A stretch of 64,000 nucleotides of DNA from Trichosphaerium sp. ATCC 40318. Taxonomy: Eukaryota > Protista > Tubulinea. Made by a program: the position numbers and the translations under genes. The stretch covers positions 434,001-498,000 of the forward strand of contig JALMLS010000015.1 of assembly GCA_038496445.1 (NCBI GenBank). Reading direction: 5' to 3'. The notes below the pieces were generated by a model. The model had not been told where the DNA came from. It worked only from the letters and a program-made list of their open reading frames with translations, and ran no database searches. Position 1 is the first letter of the stretch, and every line of letters begins with the position of its first letter. Shown here one piece after another: positions 37,564-51,363 of the stretch.

Positions 37564-40000
37564 ATGTCTTTTGTAGATTATTTTAGATCGTCTGCAGAGG
37601 CATTCTTCCAGAGCTCTAGTAATTTGTACGTAAAAACAACCACAATACTTTTATTTAGTGGTAAAAACGCAATCGTATGTCTAAACGTGTTAGTACAAAC
37701 TTGCTTAATGGATTATTCGAGACAAACCCTACAGGACAACCATTCGCTCAGAATCAAGATTTTACGCCTGTCGAGGAAAACGTACCACAAGAGCCCTTAT
37801 TTACCACGAGGAAGAGACAAGCTGATGAAATAATCTTAAATGATGATGAAGAGCCAGATAGGAAGAGACAACGGTTAGAGGTACGACAAACCAGTAAATT
37901 TACCGCATTTTGTGGGAAAGCAACGGGTAGTACAAAATATTTTCAGTTTTTTTTTGTTTTTTTGAGAAAGTTCCACGCCTGTTCGCTTATTCACGTGTAG
38001 TCCGAAGTATCAGATGTTATGATTAAACACAGCGATAGTTTAGTTATAAACAAGGAAGAAGTAGTTGATTTACCTCAAAAGTATGTGAGGACCGGACGTG
38101 AATGTTAGTATTAATTTGGTTAGGTTTGAAAACGACATTAAATCTTTTGAAGACACATTGGTAGTAATCAGAAAAAATATTATGGAAGGAGATGATGCAA
38201 TTGCTAGAGATAATATAAAAGAATTAAGTAGAAATATTTGTATTAGTGTTAGTGAGCTCTCTGTACGTCTTTAGTTTTTTTTTACGGTAAATTTTTTTTG
38301 CTAATTTTTTTTTCTGCGAAAGACGCTTGAAAGTACCGAGTTTCTTGAACCCTTTGTGTTTCATACTCTAGAAAAGAGTAAGCATACTATAGAATATAGT
38401 ATCTTACCACAATTAAAGATATTTGAAGAAGATGTAAGAGCTGTAAACACCATACGGTATGTATCTATTACTGAGATTATTAGCGATTGTTTATTGATTT
38501 ATTTTTATAGCAAAAACCCTCCTCTTTGTATGTACTTGACGCAAGAGAATAGTGGACCAGTACAACAAAAGCACGCTATTGGTGAGATAAAATTGATACT
38601 CTTATCTTCAGCAAAAGTCACAGCAATCGCGACTGTACGAAAGTTTTTTCAAAAAAAAAAACATGGACCCATAAAACTAACTTCTCGAAAAATAAGGCGG
38701 AAATTACTCCACAAGTTTGTGATCTACCAAATCAAATTAAAAAGAAGACTGATATTCTCAGTTACCCTGAATCCTTTCTTGATACTACTGGCACAACAAT
38801 ATTAGATGACATCAAGTTTAAAAAAGGCTCATTAAAAACAGCTATTAGTATCAAATGTGAAGCTAAAGCAAAGGTACAGTCAACCCTTTTTATACTTTTC
38901 CAAATACGATACTGCTTCCAGTATTTTTGATCAATCTAAAACATTATTCGTGTGAATTATTAATGTCAACTTTCGTCTTGTCGCCTTATCAAGTTCGTTT
39001 CTGAAAAGTTTTACGATTAACAAATTTCAATGAATATGTTTGCTTATCTCAAAAAAAAGGTAACAGTCGATGGTGTTGAGAGTACTCTTGTGGTTAAAAG
39101 TAACAAATCAAATCATTACGTATCTATGTCTAATAACTCGCAATGGGAGGGTGCTGCAGGTGAATGTCTTAAAAAAGATGCATTCAAAAGTAAGTAGTTT
39201 GTTTATCAACTTTGCACTAATAGTTCAATCTAGAAGGAGATTATGAGATCAGCATACAGCAATTTTGGAACTACTTCCACAAGCACTTCTTAAACTACAC
39301 AGGACAAGATTACTTAAATATACAAAGATCATTGCTCGTATCAGACTTTAATTTTATGCTAAACACTGTATTTGGTGATGTTTCAAGTACGGACTATTTT
39401 TTGTATTCAAGTTTTTTTTTTTAATGTTTCTTTGTTAGACAGAACAACTATAACAACTAAAGAGTTTCAACAATTTTGGGATTGGTATGGACCATCATTT
39501 AAAAAAATGCGTTTCAAGAAACATATCAAGGAGTTATTCTCTGGAGGGTACTTACTAGTCCATCTTTTTTGTTGCGATGATAATTCTTATTATTTTCTTG
39601 TTCTGATTTTTTTTACAGATACTTTTGTGCATTTATATCACGTGCAGATGCCGAAACTGAGGTTTTCAACGCTGCAGCTGGTACCTTCTTGGTCAGGTTA
39701 TCAAAAGATCAAAAAGGTGGGATCATCATAACCTACAGGGTCGTAAGTTCTGTGAGACATTACTTGGTAAAAGATGAAGATATACCTGACAAGAGCAAAA
39801 GTTTGGCTAAGTTTATAAGGGACCAACCGACGCTATGTACTTTTCTTCAAGTACAATGCGTTGATGGTAGGAGGATATTTTATAATCGTAGTAAATCGGA
39901 AGCGTTATCTCAATACTATAAAACACCAAGAAGAAAAATGAGAAAACAACCCTCTTCAAACGATAAGTATGATGACCTTATTTGGGGACTTAACGACTAA
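37564..40000 (+). CDS. STAT-like SH2-domain protein
   Basis: Helical/coiled region, beta-rich middle ending SNHYVSMSNNSQW, linker FQQFWDWYG, SH2 FISRADAE...GTFLVRLS...VRHYLV, and a C-terminal tyrosine (KYDDL). Confidence 0.8.
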
Positions 40001-40786
40001 CAATGCTCACTCTGGACGTCAAATGTACAGTAAATGAATTCATATCAAGTGTACTTGTTTTTGTGAGTGCTGGTATCCGCTAGTCATAGCGACTGAAAAC
40101 CGGTTGATTTATTTTTTAAGGTGAAAATAGTGCTTCTACCGTTGACAAAACGCATTCATTTGTAGTTACACAATTTACAAAAGCTGTCGCCATTTCATTA
40201 TAGTGAAAGTATAGTTTTGATCGATAACCAAACTGGTTGCTGTTTGTCACGAGTTAAAAATGTACTATTTGTTAACTATTTGTTAACTATTCAAGAAAAA
40301 TCCTTTATTCTGATATTCTTTTTATCTAGTGTCAGTATAGTTTCGCTCCTCTCTAATTGTTGGTATTCGTAAGTAACCATTCTTAAGTTCCACTTCTAGA
40401 TATCCACAACAATTTTGAGCGTTTCTCTTTCTCAACTTAACTCTTCCGTTTCCAGCATTTCTCTTCTTCTATACTGGTTTCAATTTGATACTGAGCACGT
40501 GCTTACTATTACATTCTGTTCATTAGAACCGCCATCCTCCATCAATACAGATTTGTTTCTGTACGAGAAAATCCCGCTTCCATTGCTTTGAAGTTTGAAA
40601 GCTTCAAACTGTTGGACCGATTTCACGCCGTGCTTCAAAAAAGCGGCGCCAAGCATATTATCAATATCAAAAGATTCTCAGAGGTGCCATTTCGAACCTC
40701 TTTCAAAACTTTAACTAACGTATGCTTTTTCGTAGACCCAAAACGGATTTGTGAATCTCCATTGAAGCTGTTGTCGTAGATAATAT

Positions 40787-42680
40787 TTAGGAGATTTGAA
40801 CCCGTGTCTGTAATCGATTTCGCGGCATCATCAGCTTTGATGTATGTGATGAACCTCCAATAGGCATAGATATAAGAGGTTTTGTTTTTCTATCATAACC
40901 ACGTGATAAATAAATATGAGGAGCATAATGAGCGATTGTAGCGAGTAAAGAGTCCATACTACCATCCCACCAATAAGGTACAAGAACCAAAGATACACCG
41001 ACAGCATTACATTGTTCTAATTTATCCGCATCACGAGCATGTTGAATAATAGAGTACTGGTCTGTAAACATTATACCATCAGTGTAATGATGCTCGCCTA
41101 CAATGTAGTACGTTAACAAGAGCATAAGATTGTGGTGAGTTAAAATAATTGTTACCTTGGTATTCGAAAGCAAGGGAAAGTGAAGGTACATAAACATCAA
41201 CTGATAAAGATTTTACATTCTGACCTCTCAATCCAATAAAATGTTCCTCAATTACTTGGGATGTTGGGAAAATACTCATGACACATTCAACAAGAAACCT
41301 AACAGATCGATAAGTCTTCGTTGCAGAAGAAAACTAACACGACCTCTGGGAAGCCATTTTTCTCTGGTTTCTGAATTTTGACCAATCCCAAGCGTAATGA
41401 GGTTCAATACGCTTCAATACATAAGGCCAGTATTTAAGCAAACCTGCTCCTCCTTGTGAACGTATTTGAGGTTCTGAAATGCGATACCTAGTAAAATGTT
41501 GGTTTGTACAAACCTAAATAAATCGTACCAGTTATCAACATTGCGCACGCGCAGATGCTTTTTTGCTTTTAGTAAAAACTCTTTTTGATAGGTAGGATTC
41601 TGCCAAAACCTGTTAGGTGCATGTCTCGAAGAAAACCCATCAGCTAACACCACTAATATCATGGGAATATAGTACCTAAACTTCCATAGTGTCCAATTAA
41701 AATGAGGGTAAAGTTGCTTCATACAAGCAGATACCGAATTGTTGTAACCAATCCTAAGACAACATTGTTTAGTAAACAGTCAATACCAATTTAGACATAC
41801 AGTATACTAGCTGCACCTTTTCGTGCTACATCGTCATAACTCACACTATACCAATCATCTAGTGACTTGATGAGAAGATCCTCAGCGATGGTATTGAACA
41901 TGTGCTTCTGGTTCGACAAGCTATTCCAAAATCGTTGTGGTACACATCTTCAGGAAAGTATTAATAAACAAACCATCTTCCGCTGTAACAGCACGTGCTT
42001 AAACAACCAAGGCTTCCACTCATATTCTGGGAATACCGAGTCCAGACAAGTTGCCAACGAATTATTGTAATGCTCTCTGATTTGTAATCAGTCGATTCGA
42101 GTTGAAAAAAATCACGTGATACTAACTTTAACATTGTTGCACCTCCTTTTTGAACAACATCGCTGTAGATAACTGCATACCAGTCATCAAGGTGTTTAAT
42201 ACCAAGTTTAAGAGCTATAACATTAAGCATATCACGCTGGTTGCTAACAGATGCCCAATAGTGGTAAGGAGAACGCCTACAAAAAAATAAATAACAGGTC
42301 AAACAGCGAGCTCTTACGTAAACGCCCAAGGAGCCCACGTGTGGTTAGGGTATAGTGTTGTCAAACAGAGGGATAAAGAGTCATTGTAGGCATGTCTAGA
42401 AGTTAAACCGTTGTAAGCTAATTTGCCGTACATTGCTTCTTTGAGCGTACAGAACAGTGCGTGCGCCATGCGATAGCACGTCTTGGAGGCTTGTGGTGTA
42501 CCACTGGTCCAAATGCGTTATAAAGAGTCTTTGAGCGACACATTCTATCACAAGGCGTTGTTTTGTGGTGTGAAAGGAATAATTAGCGCCATACGCATTT
42601 GGCCGTTGGCGAGTGCTGGAGTTTCCACGCGGACCGCTGCTGTGGCTATGATTCGATGTAAAGGCGCGTAATACACGCAT
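40787..42680 (-). CDS. Trp-rich tandem-repeat protein with C-terminal RAP/Vsr-like PD-(D/E)xK domain, possibly mitochondrial
   Basis: About four repeats W.S..NQ.....IA..L.I..LDDWY.V...DV...G...L..Y..S....L...(Y/F)P...W..W.F, then SVDVYVPSLSLAFEYQGEHHY...RDADKLEQC...LVLVPYWWD. Arg/Ser-rich N-terminus MRVLRAFTSNHSHSS. Confidence 0.75.
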
Positions 42681-42994
42681 TTTAGAGATCGCAGGTATAA
42701 ACTGCCCAGCTTAGAGGTGCACAAAGCTATCTGATAGTCGTGTTGCTTTGAGTGAAGTGAACCAGACGTGACACACTTGACGCTTGTGGACTAATTTGAC
42801 CAAAACATACGTATCTCTTCAACACCAGAAGTACTCTTCGTACGTGTTAGTGCATATGCAGTTACATAACTCGTAAACAATGAATTAAACGTTTTTAGAA
42901 AGTTTCCTTTCAATTTGTTAGCAATCGCTTTACACAGCGGTCTATAACAATGACTACGTCTCACAGACGTTCTCGTGCGTCAATTGCACTCTCA

Positions 42995-45900
42995 ATGAAC
43001 CTCAACATGGAATGGGTACGTAATCGCGTTATAAGCATAGCTGACCATAGTAAAGGATGAACTAGAAAAGATGGTGGACTGGAGTACAGCAGGTACATTT
43101 TTTGCTAACATAACAAAAAATTGTACTAGATTTTACTTTTTCACTCTTATACGCATACATAACACTGCGTCCTTCAATTAGCACTATTTTTGACTATTTT
43201 AGGCGTTGACGTTTTTGAAACAAACGCAGATGATACTACAGAAGGCGTTGACAGCGATGCAACTGATGATGTCATGACTAGCACTGTCATCGACGATTTT
43301 ATAAATAACGGTCTTGACGAAGTATTACGCTGTCCAGAGGCAACAAGAGTTTCTCTTATATCAATATCTACTTTCAATAAGGAGCTAGAGGACGCTCTAG
43401 CAGAGATGGGACTTGAAGATACGATACCACCGTCAGGAGTTGCGACAGAGACAGTGTATGTTTGAAAAAAAATAACAGTTGATCAATGTGCTTATAACTA
43501 ACTTTGTTGTAGACAACAGCAACAGTTTGTTCGTGGTACAGTGTCACCAAATGCCAGGTCACCAACTGCACAACGTAAAATTGGTATCAAAGCTGCTAGG
43601 AACGTTGGAAACGCCATCAAAGATTCAAAAAATAATTCTGTAATGACTTCTACTGGGACTTCCACCGGAACTCCTAATCGCACAAGATTAAAGCCAGTCC
43701 TATCAGTAGCATCAAACAGAGCGCCTAGACCAAATTCTGTTTATGTAAAGACTGAAGGATCACGTGAAGACATCAAGATCCCACAATTGGTACGCAACAT
43801 TACACCATTGTTCCCTGCACACAATTTTTGAAGTGACTTTACAAAAAAAAAACCAAAAAGACCTGGACTTATATTTTTGTCGATATGCGCATATCTATTT
43901 TTTATAAGGTAAAGGGGAGGGGGGTTTTATGATTTTTATTGGCATTTTTGAATTATTGCCAGGTCTACTGAAGGTAGCTGTGATCGTCTTTTTATACAAA
44001 CAAAAACCGTTGAGAAAAAAAAAAGTGGTTAAAAATTATCGCGAGTTTTCACTCTATTCCACAAATTGTATTAAAAAACTCGTAGTCTAAGTCTCTAAAT
44101 ATACCAGTGACGTTAGAAAAGAGCCCAGCTACAAGTCCTAAATCGAGCCCAAGAAAAGAGGTAAAAAAAAACGGTTTATTTTGTTTTTTAGAAACCGTTA
44201 ACGCCGTAAAAAGGATAGTAAGACACAAAGAGAGGGTTGGTTAGTTAAAAAGGGAGAAAAAAATAAAGGATGGCGAAAGCGGTGGTTTGTATTGATCAAT
44301 AATACAATATACTACTACAGGAAGAAAGAAGAGGCTAAACAAGTACGGCATGAATTCCACAAGACCAAAAACACAAAACCCTAAAAAAAGCTTTTTGTCT
44401 GATTTTTCCGTTATATCGGTTTTACGCCCTTATAATACGTTTAGGGTATTGAACCACGAGGTACTATACCATTAACAGATGCCTCAATCTCCGTAAAAAA
44501 CCTAGAGTACCCCAAACGAAATTTTTGGTAAGAAAACGCTTCGCGCACGTCGTGTACGTTTTAAGCTTATTGTTATTCACTAGTTTCATGGTAAAAACGC
44601 CTTGGCGTCAATTTTTAGTCCAAGCGTTTTCAGGTACACTAAAATACGTTTGACAACGAGCTAACGCGCGCGACTAGGTCGCGATAGAGATGGTTGGGTA
44701 TCAGCAATCAAAGAAATAGTCCCTCAAAAAGGAACAGCGACGAAATCAAAAGCGCACATAAAGAAGTCCAGGTACTGGCTTGAACCCTTCACAAGACCCG
44801 TTTATCATTACGTTTATGAACACTAACTTTATGTTGTAGCGGAGGAGGTCTACCTGACTGGGTTATTGATCAAACTCATGCTGGTCAGCTACAGAAGTTT
44901 GCTTTAGGTTCTACGAAGGGTGGTAAAACGTTTTGGTACATCCTAAAAGAAACAAATCTGTACTGCTTTCGATCAAAGCCTCAAGCTACAGGAACGATAG
45001 AGTACAAGGTATGTTAACGCCCATGAAGACTTACGTATAACGTTGAAGTAGGCTATCACACCTCTTGGTGTTACTTCGATTCTTGGGTGCCAAGTAGTTC
45101 AAGCTCAAGGAGTACAAGATTGTATTACTGTCAGTTTCCCAGATGGTACTGACGCCATTGTGCTGTTGCGTGTTTTTATTCTAACGGAAACTGTAGGTGC
45201 TATTGTGTGTTATCGTGCTCCAAGTCCGAAAATGAAAGAGAGGTGGATGGCAGCATTTTTATTCGCAAATCTACAAGCTGATTTAGATGCTCCTACTTTC
45301 CTTATATCTAGGATAAAGACCATGTTGAAGGCAAGGCTCATTTTATTTAGTTCTGTTTCAGCTTTTTTTCTGTATTTGGATTTTAATGGCTGTTGTAGAA
45401 TTCTGTATTCGCGCAACTGTTTATTGAGAAAGGTGGTGTACAGCTTCTTATGAAAACGATTAGCTTGAAGAACGACGAAATGAAAATCCCTGTCATTATA
45501 ACTTTAAAGGTGCGTGTTTGTTCTTTCAATTGTTCGTATGCTTTTCTTGTAACCCTAAATCTCTACTCATAGGAATCAATGAATTATGTTGAGAGCTTGC
45601 AAATAATAGCAAAGAGGAAGGAATACATATCAAAGATTTACGAATTAGCATTCTCTCAATGTACGCTACCTTCTGAAGACAAACTTGTTTATTTTCAATG
45701 AATTGCAACTTTTTTGTCAAAATTTGACACGTGTTATTTAGTTGGTGCTGTTAGAGAGTTTGCAATCGAAGCTGTACTTTTATTATGCACCTATGATACT
45801 AAAGTATATTCTCACCTTCATGAATGTGCTTGTCAGTTGTCTGAAGACAAAGAGCGTAAGAATTTATTTTGATGTTACCGACCTAATTCTAATTACTTTA

Positions 45901-48845
45901 GATCCTTTTGAAAACCTTGTTGCGCTTGTAGAACATAAAGAAAAGAACCTTGCAACAAATGCCTTAACTTTGTTGAACTGTATATTAGAACTTGCGCCAA
46001 AGGCGGAAGCAACAACATTACTTAAGCATTGGTTATCAAAAGGTACCAGTATCAAAATCTTTTGTATTTTTTTGTTGCTTCTTGGTGCTAAGTAATAACA
46101 GGATTGGATAAAATGCTTAAAGAAAGAGTCACTAATGATGTCAAACCATTCTACCCTCAAATCAAAGTATTCGAGGTGAGTATGCTATCTTCTTTCGAAG
46201 CTTATGAATTTATTATTGACTGTTAATGTTTTAGAGAATATCAGGCATTGATTGTGGTGCTACAATCGTTAGAGAAGCTAAGCAGACGAAAACTGTATCA
46301 GAGAATAGTGACAGTAATACAAAACATCTTGAAGACGAAAACAAGGCTCTTAAAGATCAGTTGAAGCAATACAAGGAAGATTTGAAGTCTTGCAAAAATT
46401 CTCTTCACGAGGTAATTAATTGGCACTGTGTACATTGTCTCTAACGCTTATATAGAGCACCAAGAGGCTTAGAGTTGCAGAAATACATGTCGATGAGTTG
46501 AAGGGCCACATGGAAAGAGAGAAACTTGACAGCGATACAATAGAAAGAGTAAGAACAGCACTCACAAAACAAGCCGCTAACATCTTTCTCAGATTTTTAG
46601 TGGTGCTAAAGAAAGCGCTATAAGAAAGATAGAAGATGCCCGACTATCACTAAATACAGGAGTCATTTCATCACTACTGTACGTTTGGCTATTGTTACAA
46701 CAGCAGTGCTTATACGTGCATAAATAGTGAACCAAGAGAATCGTCACAGCAAGATTACTTGGACACACCTTTGGTACAAAATATGCTCAGGGTTATCTCA
46801 CTTACAATGACTTTAGGAAATAGATACAAGTGCTCCACCTCCACCAAATGCCCCTTCTCCACCGCCTTTACCTGGACAAGCTATTGCATGTAAGATCTTT
46901 TTTATCAGTTTCAAACACTCAACTGTTGCTAGCAACTGGTCCTACACCAACAAAAGAAGTCGTAGTACCTACAAAAAAGATGAAGCCTTTATTTTGGAAC
47001 AAAGTTATTATCGATAGCGAGAGCCCAAGCTTGTACGAAATCGGTTCAAATGTTTCTTTTTTTTTCGTGGATTCTTTACTCAGAAAACTAATAGTCGTTT
47101 ATAGGAGTATATGGTCATCTCTTTCAGAATTTCCTGTTGATATTGATTCTATTGAAAAGGTGTTTAGTAAACACTCGGGTAAAAGCACAAAAGCAAATAA
47201 CACAGAACAACGTGAGGCCACTGGCAAAGGTGAGAAATTATTTCATTAGAAACAATTTGAATTCTAAAAAAACCTTTTTTGACTATATCACTCGTTTTGT
47301 TTACTTAAACCAACCAATTTAGCCATGTCTAATACATCAAAATTATCATCAAAGAGGTATAATGCTGTATTTATATTGATGAAGAATCTACCACCTGCAA
47401 AATTTATAAAGGATGTTGTCTTCACTTTTGATGAATCTCAGATTGATGTTGATATTCTACCAACATTCATAAGCTGTGTACGTTATGCTCTTGTATTTTC
47501 GCCATTAAACTGTGTATATCTGATCACGTGATTTATTTTTTTTACTTAGCTTCCTTCCAAAGAAGAAATTCAAGCTATTCAAAAAGTGGCTTCCGCTCAA
47601 AGGGATTATGCTGATAAGTACGTAGCCAACTTTGTACAACTCTTAATGTTTCATTGAAAGAACCTTGCTGTTTACAACATTACTTAGGTTCTTACTACGC
47701 ATAAATACACTTCCTGACTTACGTCAGCGATTAGAGTGTTGGTATTTTAAAGCAATGTTCAATGTACACAATGAGTCTATTGCAACACCTCTTGATCAGA
47801 TATCAAAAGCATGTGAGGTACGTTAAAATTCAGTTGCTGGAGAGCGTTTCTCATGTTCCTTATTTTTGTGCATTTAGGAAGTTGAGTATAATACATCCCT
47901 CAAGGCAATACTATCAGCAGTACTATCTGTTGGTAACTACTTAAATGGTAGTACAAAACGAGGGCAAGCTGATGGGTTTCATATTGAAGTTCTTACCAAG
48001 CTTGCAACACTAAAGGGCGCTGGTACGCGTAGCTTCTAAACATTATGCTGTGCTTATAACTCTTACTTATTCTTGCAAAGATATGAACCTTTTGGAATAC
48101 TTGGTTCAAGTTATATTTGAAGGAGATAGAGCTATTTTGTTCGTAGAGCATATTGATGAATTATGTATCACAGTTGAGATGGCAACTTCCCATTGCTTCC
48201 CGTATTACCCTTATAACGTGATTGATTTGATAATAATGGTTTTTTAGAGACGCATTGAGAGAGTTACAAAAGCTTGAAGAGAGAATGGAAGGTATGATAC
48301 TTTAAGAAATTTCCTCATTGTGAAGTACAAATGTAGTTTATTCTAACATCATTTACTTGTAGTTACAGAACGCCTTGCGTCTGAAATTTCTTCTGGCGGT
48401 CCTAAAGACCGACTTGATAAAATAATCACACCATTTATAATACAAGGTACACTACTAAAGTCTGACATCAGCAAGTTGCTAACTGTTATTTTTATCAGCA
48501 AAACAAGATGTTGCTGACTTGCGACTTAAATACAACACAACAAGAGAACAATTTAGTAGATTACTATCGTTTTTTGGGTACACTACTTATTTATCTTGCT
48601 CGTACAACATCATGAACTAATAATATTTTAGATACGGCGAGAAACAGCAAAAAGTAAAAACTGTAGCTCAGTTCTTTGGAACATTGAATACTTTCATAAA
48701 ATCGTTTTTGAGGGCTTATGATAAGCTTCCAAAAGATTCTATGAAGGACTTTAATGCAAGCAGTGCATTTGATGACATTGCTAAGAGTATAAAGTCAGGA
48801 CGTGTTAGCTTCAGACCAACCACAAGGAAGTTGTTAGCCGAATAA
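42995..48845 (+). CDS. Formin with two PH domains, a GBD/FH3-like ARM region, coiled coil, short FH1 and FH2
   Basis: PH1 REGWLVKKGEKNKGWRKRWFVL; PH2 AGQLQKF...KERWMAAF; FH1 APPPPNAPSPPPLPG; FH2 KMKPLFWNK, LSVGNYLNGSTKRGQADGFHIEVLTKLATLK, FFGTLNTFI. Confidence 0.9.
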
Positions 48846-49222
48846 ATATGATACAAAAAAATGAATGTCTTCACTCATGAATTCCATATGTATAAGAGAA
48901 TCTACGCCAATAGGCTCCCAATGCCACCTCCCCACATACAGGTTTGTATAACACTACCATTACTTCACGGAAGCGAAGGAGGTAAAGACCAAATGGAAAG
49001 TAAAGAAAATTCAAGAATTAACACAACATTTTTAATGCGTGTCAAAACACAAAGTTGTAAAGCATGTGCTTGTTTGGTTAAAAACTAGATAATAATAACA
49101 TTCTCGATATTGGTGCACTTATTCCTTGACGTCATCGGTTAAGTGAAGTTTGTTGAAATATCTAGTTTTTCTCTCATTACTTGTCATTTTATAGTGTACA
49201 TTTCCATTGAAAGCGAACCCTC

Positions 49223-51251
49223 ATGTCAGAACAAGCGCGTTTGTACGCGAAATTAGGACAAGGAAACCAAACTGCAATGAATGCTCTTGTACATGTACGT
49301 AAACGTTTGATAAATACACTGTATAACCGCATATCGCTAGAAAACGCATGAGCCGGGACTTTGGACTAAAAATTTTCAAGAACGCTCAAACGCTCGTGAT
49401 AGATCGAGTTGTAAAGCTCTGAGGTATACATAACGTCAAAAAACCCATAATAACAAATGTAGAGTGCTCATATGGCTTCAAACGGAGTTTTGTACAAGAA
49501 AAGGTGTTTACACCAACGAAAAAAACGAGCAAGTACGCACCATAGCTTTAATTAACGTTTTAATTGAATACCAAGTCAACAATTTATTCAACTTTTTTGT
49601 AGCTGAAATTGATGTCAAAGGATGACATAACAGACGCTGTCATGAACACTGTATTCCATGGTTTTGAAAAACCATATGAAATACCATCACTGAAACCCAT
49701 TGAAGAAGTTGCAACAGTCATCTCAGTTGATCAGTGTGATTGTATTGACGCAGGTGTCAAACTACAGAAAGAAGGGTTTAACCCAGTTGTATTGAACATG
49801 GCTAGTCACAAACGTCCAGGAGGAGGTACTTACCACGAGTTGATACAAACTCTTTTGTTATTATAATTTTTACTTTATTGTCACGTGATTAAAACAAAAA
49901 TAGGATATAAAACTGGTGCAGCTGCTCAAGAAGAGAATCTATTCAGAAGAAGTAACTACTGGCAGATTCTTGGCGATCCATTCCGTAAAAACCCTAATAA
50001 GAAATGGTGTTATCCTTTACCAGAATTTTGTACTATTTATTCACCTAAGATACACGTGTTCCGTGAGAATGAAGCACGTGGTTATGCGTTCTCTGATCAA
50101 CCGAGAATCATGTCTTTTATTGCTGCTGCTGCATATGCAAGGCCAAGGTACGTTCAAATACTTGCCATAAATAGTTGGTTTTCTTATACTACAAAGGACA
50201 ACTCCTGGCGTTCGTGGTGTAAGTGAGCATAGACTTCAAGATAAGTTTGCCGAGAAAACAAGGTATAAAATAAACCAACTTCTTTGGACTGCTCTAGAGC
50301 ATGGACATGATTCTATCGTTCTATCAGCATGGTAAGTATACTATTGTTGGTGGTTTAGTACTGATATATATGTCTTTAAGGGGATGTGGTGCATTTAAGA
50401 ACCCACCAACTCATATTGCAGAAATCTTTAAAGAAGCACTAGCGTGCCCTCCTTTTAAGGTAAGTGTATCTAAGTCTTCTGGAATATTTATTGACTGTAC
50501 TTATGTTGTTACATAGAACGCATTCAAGAGAGTAGTTTTTGCTATATTAGGTCTTGGTAAACAAAAGCATAATCCTAATGGAAATCTTGAACCGTTTAAG
50601 ACTGTATTTGCTACAAAATCTGAAAACAAAAATGTCCGCGTTGACACGGACTGTATAAGGTTTTTCAGGTGGCAAGAAGAACCTTACGGTTTATTCAGTA
50701 GTTATAGCCAATTGTCAGTAAATATTGATGGCGAAAATTGGCCTACAGTAGAGCACTACGTACAGGTAAATTGGTTGCTCTTTGGTTTTTTTGGGTTCTA
50801 GCTAAAATCACTCAAAGGCACAGAAATTTGTTGGCAATGATACACTTTATAATCGTCTTAAAGGATTAGCAAAGCCCGGTTCTGTTGCTGAAGACGCTCG
50901 AAAGTTTAAATCTCAAATGCGTAAAGACTGGGATGATGTCAAGGTGCGAAGTGAAAAAAAGAAGCAACAAGTATTTACACATCTTGTCTGTTTAGGATGA
51001 CGTTATGGAAAAGGCCCTAGAGGCAAAGTTTTTACAGTACCCTGATGCTTTGGAGTTAATAATAGATACTGGTGATAAGAGCATTATATTTACTGCATAC
51101 AATACATACTGGGGATGTGGAAAAGACGGAAAGGGAGAAAACAAATACGGGAAAATTTTGGTACCAGAAAGAATGCCAAAAACGAGATTACTTACTAGGA
51201 ACTTTGTAGGAGAAATTAAGAGAATCTTTCTCTTCTAATTCAGAAGAATGA
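49223..51251 (+). CDS. Microbial-type PARG macrodomain (TIGR02452/DUF2263) fused to a C-terminal NADAR domain
   Basis: VLNMASHKRPGGGYKTGAAAQEENLFRRS and VLSAWGCGAFKNPP (PARG). IRFF...YGLFSSY...WPTVEHYVQAQKF...RKDWDDVK...AKFLQY...YWGCGKDGKGENKYGKIL (NADAR). The two are joined within one open exon (about 50517-50766). Confidence 0.9.
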
Positions 51252-51363
51252 TGAATGATGAATACATACATTTGTCCAAATAATCTATGACAAAACAATA
51301 AACTTCTTTGGCGATAAATCTTCGCGTTTTTTTCCGACTAATTTTTTTTGTTGAATACTATTA

